Source: a virus
Length of the DNA stretch: 43,605 nt
IMG/VR virus record: IMGVR_UViG_3300025162_000081
Span: 1 to 43,605 of that record
Direction: 5' to 3' (one strand)
The translations under genes and the position numbers were made by a program. The notes under the pieces are model-generated. The model was not told where the DNA came from. It worked only from the letters and a program-made list of their open reading frames with translations, and did no database searches. Below, piece after piece: positions 1 to 8,412 of the stretch; position 1 is the first letter of the stretch; every line of letters starts with the position of its first letter.

Positions 1-597
1 TGATAAATAATTATTTTTATTTAATTCTATTTTTTTATTTTCGTTTTCTTCATAAACTATATACATTATGAAATATTTTCCATTATATTTTGGCTGAAAT
101 AATATTTGCTTTATTTTACCATTAATTTTATACGTGAAATCTATTTCTAAATTTATACCATTGTTTAATGCTTTATATTCTTTACCTCTATGAAAAGTTA
201 ATTTGCCTTCTTTTATTTTACTATTTTGATTCGTAAATATTACATTAAAGCAGTCACCTTTCTTTTTATATTTTGGGATCTGTATTTTATCATCATATTG
301 TCCATTATTTTTCTTTTTTAATAAAGCAAAAAATGATCTATAATTTTGATCAACCAATTTAACTATTTGTTGTGATGATTGAACTGGTAGTAAATTATAA
401 TTTTCGTTTGATTTAACTTCTTTTTCTAAAACGCCATAACCAATATATTTTCCAGTTTGTTTAAAATAATTATTAGCAATATATAATGAATAATTATAAA
501 GATTATTTGAATAGTGAGAATAATCCTTCAAAATTTTATATTGAGTTTTATTAAGTCTGATATGTTGTTTTAGTGTTCTAATAATAAATATAATTTT
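1..597 (-). CDS. TnpB-like protein, N-terminal ~190 aa only. ORF is open to the window edge and has no in-frame ATG, so it is a possible pseudogene or non-ATG start.
   Basis: Reverse-strand translation of 1..597 is stop-free: ..IIRTLKQHIRLNKTQYKILKDYSHYSNNLYNYSLYIANNYFKQTGKYIGYGVLEKEVKSNENYNLLPVQSSQQIVKLVDQNYRSFFALLKKKNNGQYDDKIQIPKYKKKGDCFNV... This has the TnpB N-terminal pattern (YxSFF..LKKK, PKYKKKG) also seen in the complete TnpB at 17034..18242. Not in the supplied ORF track because it runs off the edge. Confidence 0.4.
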
Positions 598-649
598 TTA
601 TATCTTATATATAAATAAAATAAAGTCAAAAAAGTATATTTTTTAGTAA

Positions 650-1300
650 TTATTCATATTTCTTAATTATTTCTTTACATTTTTTTATAAATTGATAAGC
701 ATATATCTGTTCCTGACTTTTAAGATCATAAAATCTTATTTCAAATTGATGATACAGCCAATCATCATATATAGTTCCATTACCATACCTCTTATCTAAA
801 CATTTCCATTTTTTATTTAATGATGACATTATGTAAAACAATTTAACATTGACGTCATATTGTGGTGCAACCCAACTAAATTCACCACCACAATCATATT
901 CATCTTTCAATCTAAAAGATGGTTTATTCATTTTTTCAAACACTTCTCTTGTTATACCAAAACAGGCTGGTGCTGCATAAACAAAATTTGGACTTCTCGT
1001 TTGATTTACTTGTTCAACACCTATTATAGAGTTGTTGTCTTCTATTTTGGATACTATATGCTCATATAAACCTGGTTTTAATGGTATACAGTCAATGTCA
1101 AAAAAGATTAATATATCAAAGTCTAATGAGTTTATTTTAGAATCTAACCAATAGTCATGAAATGGTAAATTAGTTAGTTCTTGAGTTAACTCCATACCAA
1201 AAGTATCAAAAACTGCTTTCTGATACTGTGGTACTTTATCTGGTATATTCTTCATATAACAAGAAAATGCTTCTACTTTTCTCCCATTTATTAGCTGCAT
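650..1300 (-). CDS. putative nucleotide-sugar glycosyltransferase-like protein (DxD motif 'FFDIDC')
   Basis: 216-aa ORF; DxD-like motif; lies at the 3' end of a co-directional glycosyltransferase block (1300..3754). Confidence 0.3.
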   Translation of the reverse strand: MQLINGRKVEAFSCYMKNIPDKVPQYQKAVFDTFGMELTQELTNLPFHDYWLDSKINSLDFDILIFFDIDCIPLKPGLYEHIVSKIEDNNSIIGVEQVNQTRSPNFVYAAPACFGITREVFEKMNKPSFRLKDEYDCGGEFSWVAPQYDVNVKLFYIMSSLNKKWKCLDKRYGNGTIYDDWLYHQFEIRFYDLKSQEQIYAYQFIKKCKEIIKKYE

Positions 1301-2175
1301 TATCTATTCAATACTACCAAGTAGTCTGTTCCTTTTTTTGTGACATACATTTTTTCACCATCATCTATAATTTCTAAAATATCTGGCACAATATTCCAAT
1401 CTTTCAATTTCTTAACAAAAAATAATTCATTCTTTCTAACATGATCCTGTGACCATTGCCTATTTCCAGACTTATGATCATAATATAAATGATATATTTT
1501 TGCTTGTGGAATAATCAGCAAATCATATCCTTTCCTAAATATTTCATACGTAAAAATAGTTTCTTCTCTAATTGATGATGGTTGCAATTCTAATGGATAA
1601 TCATTTGCTAACTCTCTATTAAAGAAATAGTTAGAATAAATATGTTGAACTTTTTTAATATCATCAGATTGTTCATGAACCATCTGTATATTAAATTCTG
1701 AATAAACATTCTCTATTTTATTATAATAGCCATCTTCTTCAACTGGAATCTTACTTGAATCTTTCTTATAAAATTCTGCTAGATATTTATCTATAATAAC
1801 ACCACTCATTGCGCCAACTGTAGGTTTAATATTATTAACAAATAATTCTAAAACATTACAGGATAGTATATTATCATCATCAGTCTTAAAAACCCAGCCA
1901 TCTTCTATTTCATCTAATCCCATCTGAAGTGCTGGTACAGCGCCTTTGCTCTGACCATAAAAATAATCAAATTGTATTCCTTTTTCTTTGAAAAGAACTA
2001 ATATGTTTTTTAGTGTTGGATAATCGTAAAAGTGTTTTTCCTTACTATCATCAACTAAAACTACCCGATCTGGCGGGTAGCTTTGGTTGAAAATAGACAT
2101 TAGGCAAAGTGGCAAAGTAGTGTCGTATCTATTACAAGTTGCAAGTAATACTGTTATTTTATTTTTCTTCTTCAT
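1300..2175 (-). CDS. family 2 glycosyltransferase (GT-A fold)
   Basis: N-terminus ITVLLATCNR..LPLCLMSIFNQSYPPDRVVLVDDSK matches the GT2 signature (Rossmann start, DD after beta4). Start overlaps the upstream gene end. Confidence 0.7.
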   Translation of the reverse strand: MKKKNKITVLLATCNRYDTTLPLCLMSIFNQSYPPDRVVLVDDSKEKHFYDYPTLKNILVLFKEKGIQFDYFYGQSKGAVPALQMGLDEIEDGWVFKTDDDNILSCNVLELFVNNIKPTVGAMSGVIIDKYLAEFYKKDSSKIPVEEDGYYNKIENVYSEFNIQMVHEQSDDIKKVQHIYSNYFFNRELANDYPLELQPSSIREETIFTYEIFRKGYDLLIIPQAKIYHLYYDHKSGNRQWSQDHVRKNELFFVKKLKDWNIVPDILEIIDDGEKMYVTKKGTDYLVVLNR

Positions 2176-3754
2176 AAATTCGGAAAACTTCTTTTATAAC
2201 CTCTTCTGGATCAGGTAGGTAATCATAAAGTGTTTTTCCTTGTGGAATCATATCAATTGTATCTGTTTTAAATTCTGTGTGTCTTATTTCAAGATCATCA
2301 AGAAGTAATTTTTTATATAATGCTTTTGTTTTATATGATTGTGTACCATTTCTAAAAGGTAAAATGTGATCTTCATGTTTACATGTTGGCATAACAACAA
2401 TCCAATTATCAAATGCGCCTGCAATGTGCAATGGTGATGAATCATTTGTTACCAATACTTTAGATAATGAAATTAATGCCATTAGTTCACCTAATGATGT
2501 AATATCTCTAAAATCATATCCATTTGCTGGACATTTTACTGGTAAATATCCTTGTTTGTCATCAATTGTTTTTCCAACAATTCCAACACATAATTTTTCA
2601 GATAGTCCATCAATAACTTTTTGCCACCAATCAACTGGGAATGTTTTACTTGGCCACCATTTTCCAGGATGAATTAAAACCAATTTCTTATCGTGTGGTT
2701 TATCTTTCAACATATCAATAACTGTAGCAACATCGTCAACATCAAGTTTTAATTTAATAGTTTTGTCTTTATTTGGAATAGTTCTTTTAATCATACTCAT
2801 TGTTGCAAAATCTGTTGGATGAAAAAGTACGTGAGATAATTTGTGCTCAGCTTGTTCATCATCAGGGCAAGTATATAAAGTAAGAACTGCATCTTGCATA
2901 CCTTTCCATTGGTCATAATCAAAAACTGGCATATCTAAATGCTCAAATAATCTAGTGAAGTGAGATACAACAAATATATTTGCATCTGGATATACTTTTT
3001 CTGTATACCTAATTGCTGGCTCAGCACATAATTGATCACCCATACCAGCAGTCACTGAAATAAGAATGTTTCTAGTGTATTTATATTCTGGACCATCATT
3101 TTTCCATTGTTCAATATCTTTTTGTAGTACACCCAATAAAATTTCTTTTGGTGCACCAGCATAATGTACTATATATGAATCAAGTCTGGATATACCAATA
3201 AATTTATCAAGTAAGTCCATTCTATTGTATCTATAATCAAGATCAAACATTGATACATCATCATTAAGAATTCTTAAATTAATATATGGTTGATCTGTTT
3301 CAACAAAATTAATACCTTTTGGCATTTTGAATATTTGTTTATGCATTCTTGAAATAACCATTACTCCTGAATTGTAGAATTTGCCTTTCCATTTTTTCAA
3401 TGGTTCACCATAATAAGACGAAGCCTGTTCAAGATATTCAAAACGTGGAGCATAAGCACCTTCATTAAACATACCTAATTTGTTTTCTGGTACAACTTCA
3501 AAAAGATTTGGTGTATCTTCTCTAACAATAAGATCAATATCTAAATAAATTATTCTTTTATACTTGTTTAAGAGTTCGTGTATATGAAATTTGTTCCATT
3601 TTTGAGTGATGTAATTAGGATCTGTTTCTGTAATATTAATAAAATCTGCGCCTATTCTTTTTGCATATTTTTTAATTGAAGGTAATGTGTACAGGCTTAG
3701 ATTTTCATGAAAATCCCCTATTGAGATAGTTAAAACTAAATTTTCTTTATTCAT
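2159..3754 (-). CDS. two-domain glycosyltransferase: N-terminal DxD GT (GT8-like, 'YLDIDLIV') fused to C-terminal GT9 heptosyltransferase-like domain
   Basis: C-terminal ...KLVLIHPGKWWPSKTFPVDWWQKVIDGL...VLVTNDSSPLHIAGAFDNWIVVM resembles the ADP-heptose:LPS heptosyltransferase C-terminus (GNDSGPMHLAAALG..). 531 aa. Confidence 0.55.
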   Translation of the reverse strand: MNKENLVLTISIGDFHENLSLYTLPSIKKYAKRIGADFINITETDPNYITQKWNKFHIHELLNKYKRIIYLDIDLIVREDTPNLFEVVPENKLGMFNEGAYAPRFEYLEQASSYYGEPLKKWKGKFYNSGVMVISRMHKQIFKMPKGINFVETDQPYINLRILNDDVSMFDLDYRYNRMDLLDKFIGISRLDSYIVHYAGAPKEILLGVLQKDIEQWKNDGPEYKYTRNILISVTAGMGDQLCAEPAIRYTEKVYPDANIFVVSHFTRLFEHLDMPVFDYDQWKGMQDAVLTLYTCPDDEQAEHKLSHVLFHPTDFATMSMIKRTIPNKDKTIKLKLDVDDVATVIDMLKDKPHDKKLVLIHPGKWWPSKTFPVDWWQKVIDGLSEKLCVGIVGKTIDDKQGYLPVKCPANGYDFRDITSLGELMALISLSKVLVTNDSSPLHIAGAFDNWIVVMPTCKHEDHILPFRNGTQSYKTKALYKKLLLDDLEIRHTEFKTDTIDMIPQGKTLYDYLPDPEEVIKEVFRIYEEEK

Positions 3755-3766
3755 ATAAATGCATTT

Positions 3767-4495
3767 TTATTTTTTATAGTTTACTGTGATGTAATTGTTT
3801 ATTTTATCTTCTAAATCTTTATTAATCCATTCAATATAACCGTTTATAATACCTTTTCCAGGATTAAAATTTGGAAATCTTGTGTCATTTACTTTTGGTA
3901 ATTCGTCTCCAATCTTACGACCAATATAATTTTCAATTATTGCTTTTTGATTATTAAAATCTAGTAAAATATCTTCATAGTTTAATACAAGTAAATTATC
4001 TTGATATTTTAACCAACCATCAATATGCATTTTCCATCTATGTATATAATTGTCTGGTTCTATTATAATGTGAGGGTCTGGTGAATATGGTGGCAAAAAT
4101 TGTCGTCCAACATCATCTGGCTTCATAAATATCCAATCTTCAAATTTTGGAAATTTACCTAAATCTTCTGGAAATGGTATAAATTTATAATAACTAACAA
4201 GAACATCTTTTAGATTTCTTTTAAGATAAATAACTTTATATTTATCAAAAACAATATCTAAATATGGTTCCATAAATTCTACTTGATGATGTGATTTACA
4301 TACAATATCTTCTATATAAGAATTAACTACAATATCTTTATAAACTTGATGTTCATAATTAGATAAAGTATAAGGTATAGTATTTATTGGAATAAATCCA
4401 ATGGTACGAAATTGACCAAAATTGTATTGGTTTATAATGTTGATTAGTAGATGTGTACCTGAGCGTTCGTGAGTGATTACTAATATTGGTTTCAT
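3767..4495 (-). CDS. sulfotransferase-family protein
   Basis: 5'-PSB-like P-loop 'THERSGTHLL' near the N-terminus and a 3'-PB-like 'YLKRNLKDVLVSYY' (R-x-x-K-D-x-x-V-S). 242 aa. Confidence 0.5.
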   Translation of the reverse strand: MKPILVITHERSGTHLLINIINQYNFGQFRTIGFIPINTIPYTLSNYEHQVYKDIVVNSYIEDIVCKSHHQVEFMEPYLDIVFDKYKVIYLKRNLKDVLVSYYKFIPFPEDLGKFPKFEDWIFMKPDDVGRQFLPPYSPDPHIIIEPDNYIHRWKMHIDGWLKYQDNLLVLNYEDILLDFNNQKAIIENYIGRKIGDELPKVNDTRFPNFNPGKGIINGYIEWINKDLEDKINNYITVNYKK

Positions 4496-4528
4496 TCTTA
4501 ATATATAAAAATGAAAGATGTTTGTTTA

Positions 4529-5776
4529 TTAAAAATTACAAACTCTAACAGGAGTTAATCTTTGTAATGTAGTATTATCACCCAATTGTCCATAATTATT
4601 AACTCCCCAAGTCCAAACATGTCCATTATAATCTATTGCAGATGCATTATAAACACCTGCTGACAAATAACAAAATGTCTTTTTTGCACCTTGTATTGAC
4701 ACTGGTGTACAAATTGATGATGTAGAATTATTACCCAAATATCCATTAACATTAGAACCCCAGCCCCATATTTGTCCATTATTATCTAAACCAAGAGTAT
4801 AATGAAATTTTCCTGTTGAAATTTGACAAAATGTTTTTTTTGCACCTTTTATTGATACTGGTGTATATCTTGATACCGTTGAGTTGTCTCCCAATTCACC
4901 ATATCCATTAAGACCCCAACACCATATTTGTCCATTTTTATCTATTGCCGATACATTATCATTACCCACTGATATTTGACAAAATGTCTTTTTAGCACCT
5001 TGAATTGATACTGGCGTACATGTACATATTATTGAATTATTACCTAATTGACCATATTTGTTATATCCCCAACCCCAAGCTTGTCCTTTATAATCTATAC
5101 CACTTGAATGATAATGAGTACCAATTGAAATTTGGCAAAATGTTTTTTTGTTACCTTGTATTGATATTGGCGTGCGTTTTGATGTTGTGGAATTATCACC
5201 TAAACAACCAAAATTATTATACCCCCAACCCCATAATATTCCATTTTTATCTATTCCAAATCCCAAATAACTACCTGCTGATATTTGGCAAAATGTTTTT
5301 TTGTTACCTTGTATTGATACAGGTGTACATTTTGATGTTGTGGAATTATTACCTAACATTCCATAATAATTATACCCCCAACCCCATATTTGCCCATTTT
5401 TATCTATTCCAAAAGAATATTGTTCCGAAGAACTTGTGTATACCTTACAAAAAGTTTTTTTAGCACCCTGTATTGATACTGGTATACAAGTTGATACAGT
5501 AGAATTATTACCTAATTGACCTTTTGTATTATACCCCCAAGCCCAAGTTTGTCCACTCTTCAATAATATATTGCCAAATCCAGAACTAATCATCATAGCG
5601 ACCCCCCAAGGTGCTGGTGCTGTATAGACCCAATTACTATAATATCCCATACTTGTGAGCCAAGTTTGAGCAGATAAAGCATTAGGTAAATTGGTATGAA
5701 ATGCTCTATTAACAACAGTTAAAAAAGCAGCATCAGATTTACCAATAGAACGCCAGAAAGAAGGTTGAATTGACAT
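4529..5776 (-). CDS. RCC1 / alpha-tubulin-suppressor-like repeat protein (about 7 repeats)
   Basis: Repeated 'WGWGYN.(Y/K)GQLGNNST.S.CTPVSIQG.KKTFC' units (RCC1 signature G.N..GQLG). The underlying ~150-bp DNA units are near-identical tandem repeats across about 4560..5560. Confidence 0.7.
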   Translation of the reverse strand: MSIQPSFWRSIGKSDAAFLTVVNRAFHTNLPNALSAQTWLTSMGYYSNWVYTAPAPWGVAMMISSGFGNILLKSGQTWAWGYNTKGQLGNNSTVSTCIPVSIQGAKKTFCKVYTSSSEQYSFGIDKNGQIWGWGYNYYGMLGNNSTTSKCTPVSIQGNKKTFCQISAGSYLGFGIDKNGILWGWGYNNFGCLGDNSTTSKRTPISIQGNKKTFCQISIGTHYHSSGIDYKGQAWGWGYNKYGQLGNNSIICTCTPVSIQGAKKTFCQISVGNDNVSAIDKNGQIWCWGLNGYGELGDNSTVSRYTPVSIKGAKKTFCQISTGKFHYTLGLDNNGQIWGWGSNVNGYLGNNSTSSICTPVSIQGAKKTFCYLSAGVYNASAIDYNGHVWTWGVNNYGQLGDNTTLQRLTPVRVCNF

Positions 5777-5845
5777 TTATAAAAATTTTAGTTTTAATAT
5801 ATATAAAAAATAGAGTGCATATTTTTTTATTTCAGATATTGTTCT

Positions 5846-5853
5846 TATATTTG
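5846..5853 (+). promoter_or_regulatory. Bacteroidota-type -7 promoter box TATATTTG immediately upstream of the tRNA
   Basis: TAnnTTTG match ends 5 nt before the tRNA 5' end at 5858. Same extended box recurs upstream of many ORFs in the window. Confidence 0.35.
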
Positions 5854-5857
5854 TTGT

Positions 5858-6052
5858 GCCGATGTAGCTCAGTTGGAATAAGAGCGCCACCTTCGAAGGT
5901 GGAACATTGAAGTAGATGAATATCAGTTGCAAATGATATAAAATTTATGAATATGTAGAGGTTGAGATCGAAAGTTTGTGTAAGATGCATATAAGCAAAC
6001 ATATAGGTTAATACTGAAGGGTCACAGGTTCGAGTCCTGTCATTGGAGCAAT
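5858..6052 (+). tRNA. interrupted tRNA gene: 5' part (acceptor, D-arm, anticodon arm; about 5858..5905) and 3' part (T-arm, acceptor; about 6019..6052) separated by a ~113-nt insertion. Anticodon loop is TTCGAA, so Arg(UCG) or Ser(CGA); identity uncertain.
   Basis: 5' part: GCCGATG-TA-GCTC-AGTTGGAATAA-GAGC-G-CCACC-TTCGAA-GGTGG. 3' part: ACAGG-TTCGAGT-CCTGT (canonical T-arm) then CATTGGA-G, which pairs with the 5' acceptor GCCGATG at 6 of 7 positions (1-72 G.A). The anticodon loop is only 6 nt between two perfect 5-bp stems. The intervening 113 nt has no tRNA-like fold I can see. Confidence 0.5.
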
Positions 6053-6665
6053 TTTAAGTTCTTTGAAAATATTAAAATGTTGTGAATTATAACCAGTAGA
6101 TAAGGGCGCAATCGGACTCTTTAAACATCGTGGGAATGCGTCTCTCCCAATGAGGCTGGAGTAATTCACAGTAAATGGGCTAAACATTGAGCCTTTGTGA
6201 AAAAATTGTGTAGTGAAAACGGAGGGGATGGCAATCCCACAAGATAGGAGTATAAATTTGTCCCTGCTCAGGTCCGCAAGACAATTCTTTGAGTAGAATC
6301 GGCAGAAAACCGAGAACCATGCGCCGTGCCTATCACGCAAAAATTTCACATAAAGATGATAATCCAGTAAATGGATGTTGGATATCAAGACGTCTTGATT
6401 TGAAAAGTAAACGCACCTAACGATTCAGAAATGAACCGAGGACAAAATTCTTAGGTCACCAACGGAGAAATCCTATACGTATCGTTACCATTGAGCAAGG
6501 TAAAACGGAACAGATGCTATGTCTGAAACAAGTACAATAAAAGTACAGTGATTTGATTTATCAAATCTAGGAAAACCGTCCAGACGATACGAATGAGTGC
6601 TCAGCCAAACCCTACTTACTATGTGGGAGTTTTCCGTCAGGGTAATTTCCAATCAGGTTAGAAGA
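6053..6665. ncRNA. unclassified structured-RNA candidate: ~600-nt G+C-enriched ORF-free segment next to the tRNA
   Basis: No ORF of 60 aa or more on the + strand. The only minus-strand ORF (6008..6388) is antisense to the tRNA and has atypical composition. G+C is visibly about 40-45% against about 25% background. Many local hairpins: GGGAT-GGCA-ATCCC at about 6225, GGGCT..AGCCT at about 6176, perfect palindrome ATCAAGACGTCTTGAT at about 6384. Strand and class undetermined. Confidence 0.3.
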
Positions 6666-6691
6666 GGGTGCTAAAATTAAAAATTAAAGAA

Positions 6692-6877
6692 ATGGTAACA
6701 TTATTTTGGATAATTTGGTATATTTTGGGTATATTAGGCGCATTAATTTATAATTCGTTTATGAAATATGAGAACACATTTCTAAAATATATTTGGAATG
6801 CTATTGTAGCATGTAGTGGTGGATTTGGATTTCTTATTTCAATTCTACATTGGATAGGTGTTAAATTTATAAAATAA
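6692..6877 (+). CDS. small membrane protein (2 TM)
   Basis: ORF-track 6668..6877 starts at GTG. First ATG is at 6692 (MVTLFWIIWYILGILGALIYN...). Hydrophobic. Confidence 0.35.
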   Translation: MVTLFWIIWYILGILGALIYNSFMKYENTFLKYIWNAIVACSGGFGFLISILHWIGVKFIK

Positions 6878-7000
6878 ATATTTTTTATTATCAAAAAAAA
6901 TGCACTATTATCAGTCAAATGATATCCTAGATATAATACAAAAGAAACAAAAGAAACAAAAGAAAAAAGAAAATCGACATTTTTAGAAAATGGATTTCCT

Positions 7001-7255
7001 ATGAAAAATAAAAAACATAGTGAAGAAACCAAACATAAGATAAGTGAAAGTAAAATTGGTCGCAAAGTATCAGAAGAAACTAAAAAGAAAATGAGTGATA
7101 CGAAACAGAACGTATCAGAAGAAACTAGAAATAAATTAAGAAAAGCGAAAAAAGGAATATCTATGAGAAAAATAAATTGTCCATATTGTAATAAAATTGG
7201 TGGTATATCACAAATGAGGCAATGGCATTTTGAAAATTGTAAAGATAAAAAATAA
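7001..7255 (+). CDS. free-standing NUMOD3-repeat protein with C-terminal Cys/His zinc finger (homing-endonuclease DNA-binding-domain-like)
   Basis: SEETKHKISESKIG / SEETKKKMSD / SEETRNKLRKAKKG NUMOD3-type repeats, then CPYCNK..HFENC. No catalytic GIY-YIG or HNH part. Confidence 0.5.
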   Translation: MKNKKHSEETKHKISESKIGRKVSEETKKKMSDTKQNVSEETRNKLRKAKKGISMRKINCPYCNKIGGISQMRQWHFENCKDKK

Positions 7256-7928
7256 TATGAATATCACATTTTTGTCGGATACACACAGCAAACATAAACA
7301 ATTGCTCAATCATCTTCCTGGAGGTGATTTAATTGTCCACGCGGGAGACTTAACCTCAGTTGGTTTCAAACATGAAATTGAAGATTTTTGTAAATGGTTT
7401 GAAAAATTAAAATATTCCAATAAAGTATTTATTGCTGGTAATCATGATCACGGATTTGAAAGAGATCATAATAGTGCATATGAAATTGTTAAAAAATATA
7501 AAATAAACTATCTTCAAGATAGTATGATTGAAATTGATGGAATTAATATATGGGGGTCACCTTGGCAACCAGAATTTTGTAATTGGGCATTCAATTTACC
7601 AAGAAACGGTTGGCAACTTGCAGAAAAATGGAACTATATACCAGAAGATACTGACATTTTAATTACTCACGGTCCACCATTTGGATGTTTAGATATTGTA
7701 AATGGTAGAAAAGAAAATATAGGATGTGAGTTATTAACTGAACGTCTTAAAATAGTTAAACCTAAAATTCATGTTTATGGACATATACATTCTGGATATG
7801 GTTATAAGTTCGATGGTAATACACATTATTTTAATGCTTCTGTATTAAATGAAAAATATGAATATACTAATAAGCCATTGACAATTGATTGGAATAAAGA
7901 AACAAATGAAATAACATTTTTAAAATGA
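7230..7928 (+). CDS. calcineurin-like metallophosphoesterase
   Basis: Motifs LSDTH, HAGDL (GD), FIAGNHD (GNHD), ITHGPP, YGHIH. Alternative ATG at 7257 avoids the overlap with 7001..7255. Confidence 0.75.
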   Translation: MKIVKIKNNMNITFLSDTHSKHKQLLNHLPGGDLIVHAGDLTSVGFKHEIEDFCKWFEKLKYSNKVFIAGNHDHGFERDHNSAYEIVKKYKINYLQDSMIEIDGINIWGSPWQPEFCNWAFNLPRNGWQLAEKWNYIPEDTDILITHGPPFGCLDIVNGRKENIGCELLTERLKIVKPKIHVYGHIHSGYGYKFDGNTHYFNASVLNEKYEYTNKPLTIDWNKETNEITFLK

Positions 7929-8197
7929 ATGAAGAATATAAAAAAGTTTGGAAAGAATATTTGACTGAATATTTAAAAGACTACACAGTAAAAGATAATA
8001 AAAGTATTTATAGTCATTATAATGGTTATAATGATGATTACAAATTAAAGATTGTGGATTACACTCAAATGTTGAAAGAGAAAAAAGAAGATCCTAAAGT
8101 AGCAAATGAAAAAATTTTAGAAAAAATACCTATTGCTGAAATTGAAAAATTCTTACGTAAAAAGAAATTAGAAAATTTAAAAAATAAAGAAGAATGA
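7925..8197 (+). CDS. small hypothetical protein ending in the shared C-terminal tail ..KFLRKKKLENLKNKEE
   Basis: ATGA start/stop coupling with neighbours. Tail is shared with at least 9 other small ORFs (see findings). Confidence 0.5.
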   Translation: MNEEYKKVWKEYLTEYLKDYTVKDNKSIYSHYNGYNDDYKLKIVDYTQMLKEKKEDPKVANEKILEKIPIAEIEKFLRKKKLENLKNKEE

Positions 8198-8412
8198 ATT
8201 ATTCATTAGAAGATATTATGAAAGATATCTCAATTATAAAATATAGAAATCAATTTGAATGTGACTTTAATGACCATGAATATGAATATCAAAGGGAGTA
8301 TCGTAGAATGGAAGTTGAATGGAAAGAAAAATTGGATAATATTGATATTAAGTACATTGAAAAGTATTTGAGAAAAAAGAAATTAGAAAAATTAGAAAAA
8401 ATAAATCAATAA
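8194..8412 (+). CDS. small hypothetical protein ending ..KYLRKKKLEKLEKINQ (shared tail)
   Basis: 72-aa ORF, overlapping start/stop with neighbours. Confidence 0.5.
   Translation: MNYSLEDIMKDISIIKYRNQFECDFNDHEYEYQREYRRMEVEWKEKLDNIDIKYIEKYLRKKKLEKLEKINQ

Noticed and set aside
5005-5463. 152-aa plus-strand ORF inside the RCC1 gene
   Set aside because: Shadow ORF on the opposite strand of a well-supported repeat protein. Low-complexity translation.
5906-6018. Group I or group II intron inside the tRNA
   Set aside because: The insertion is only about 113 nt and is not in the anticodon loop. I see no P7/P3 or domain-V-like cores. Hence described as an unexplained insertion.
6183-6215. 13-nt identity (AACATTGAGCCTT) plus loose similarity to a conserved 23S rRNA segment
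   Set aside because: Flanking sequence does not continue the rRNA alignment on either side, so a captured rRNA fragment is unlikely. Kept only as a note under the ncRNA candidate.
6008-6388. 126-aa minus-strand ORF from the track
   Set aside because: It is antisense to the tRNA 3' half and to the GC-rich non-coding block. Its W/R/C/P-rich composition is unlike every other ORF here. Most likely a chance ORF created by the GC-rich structured region.
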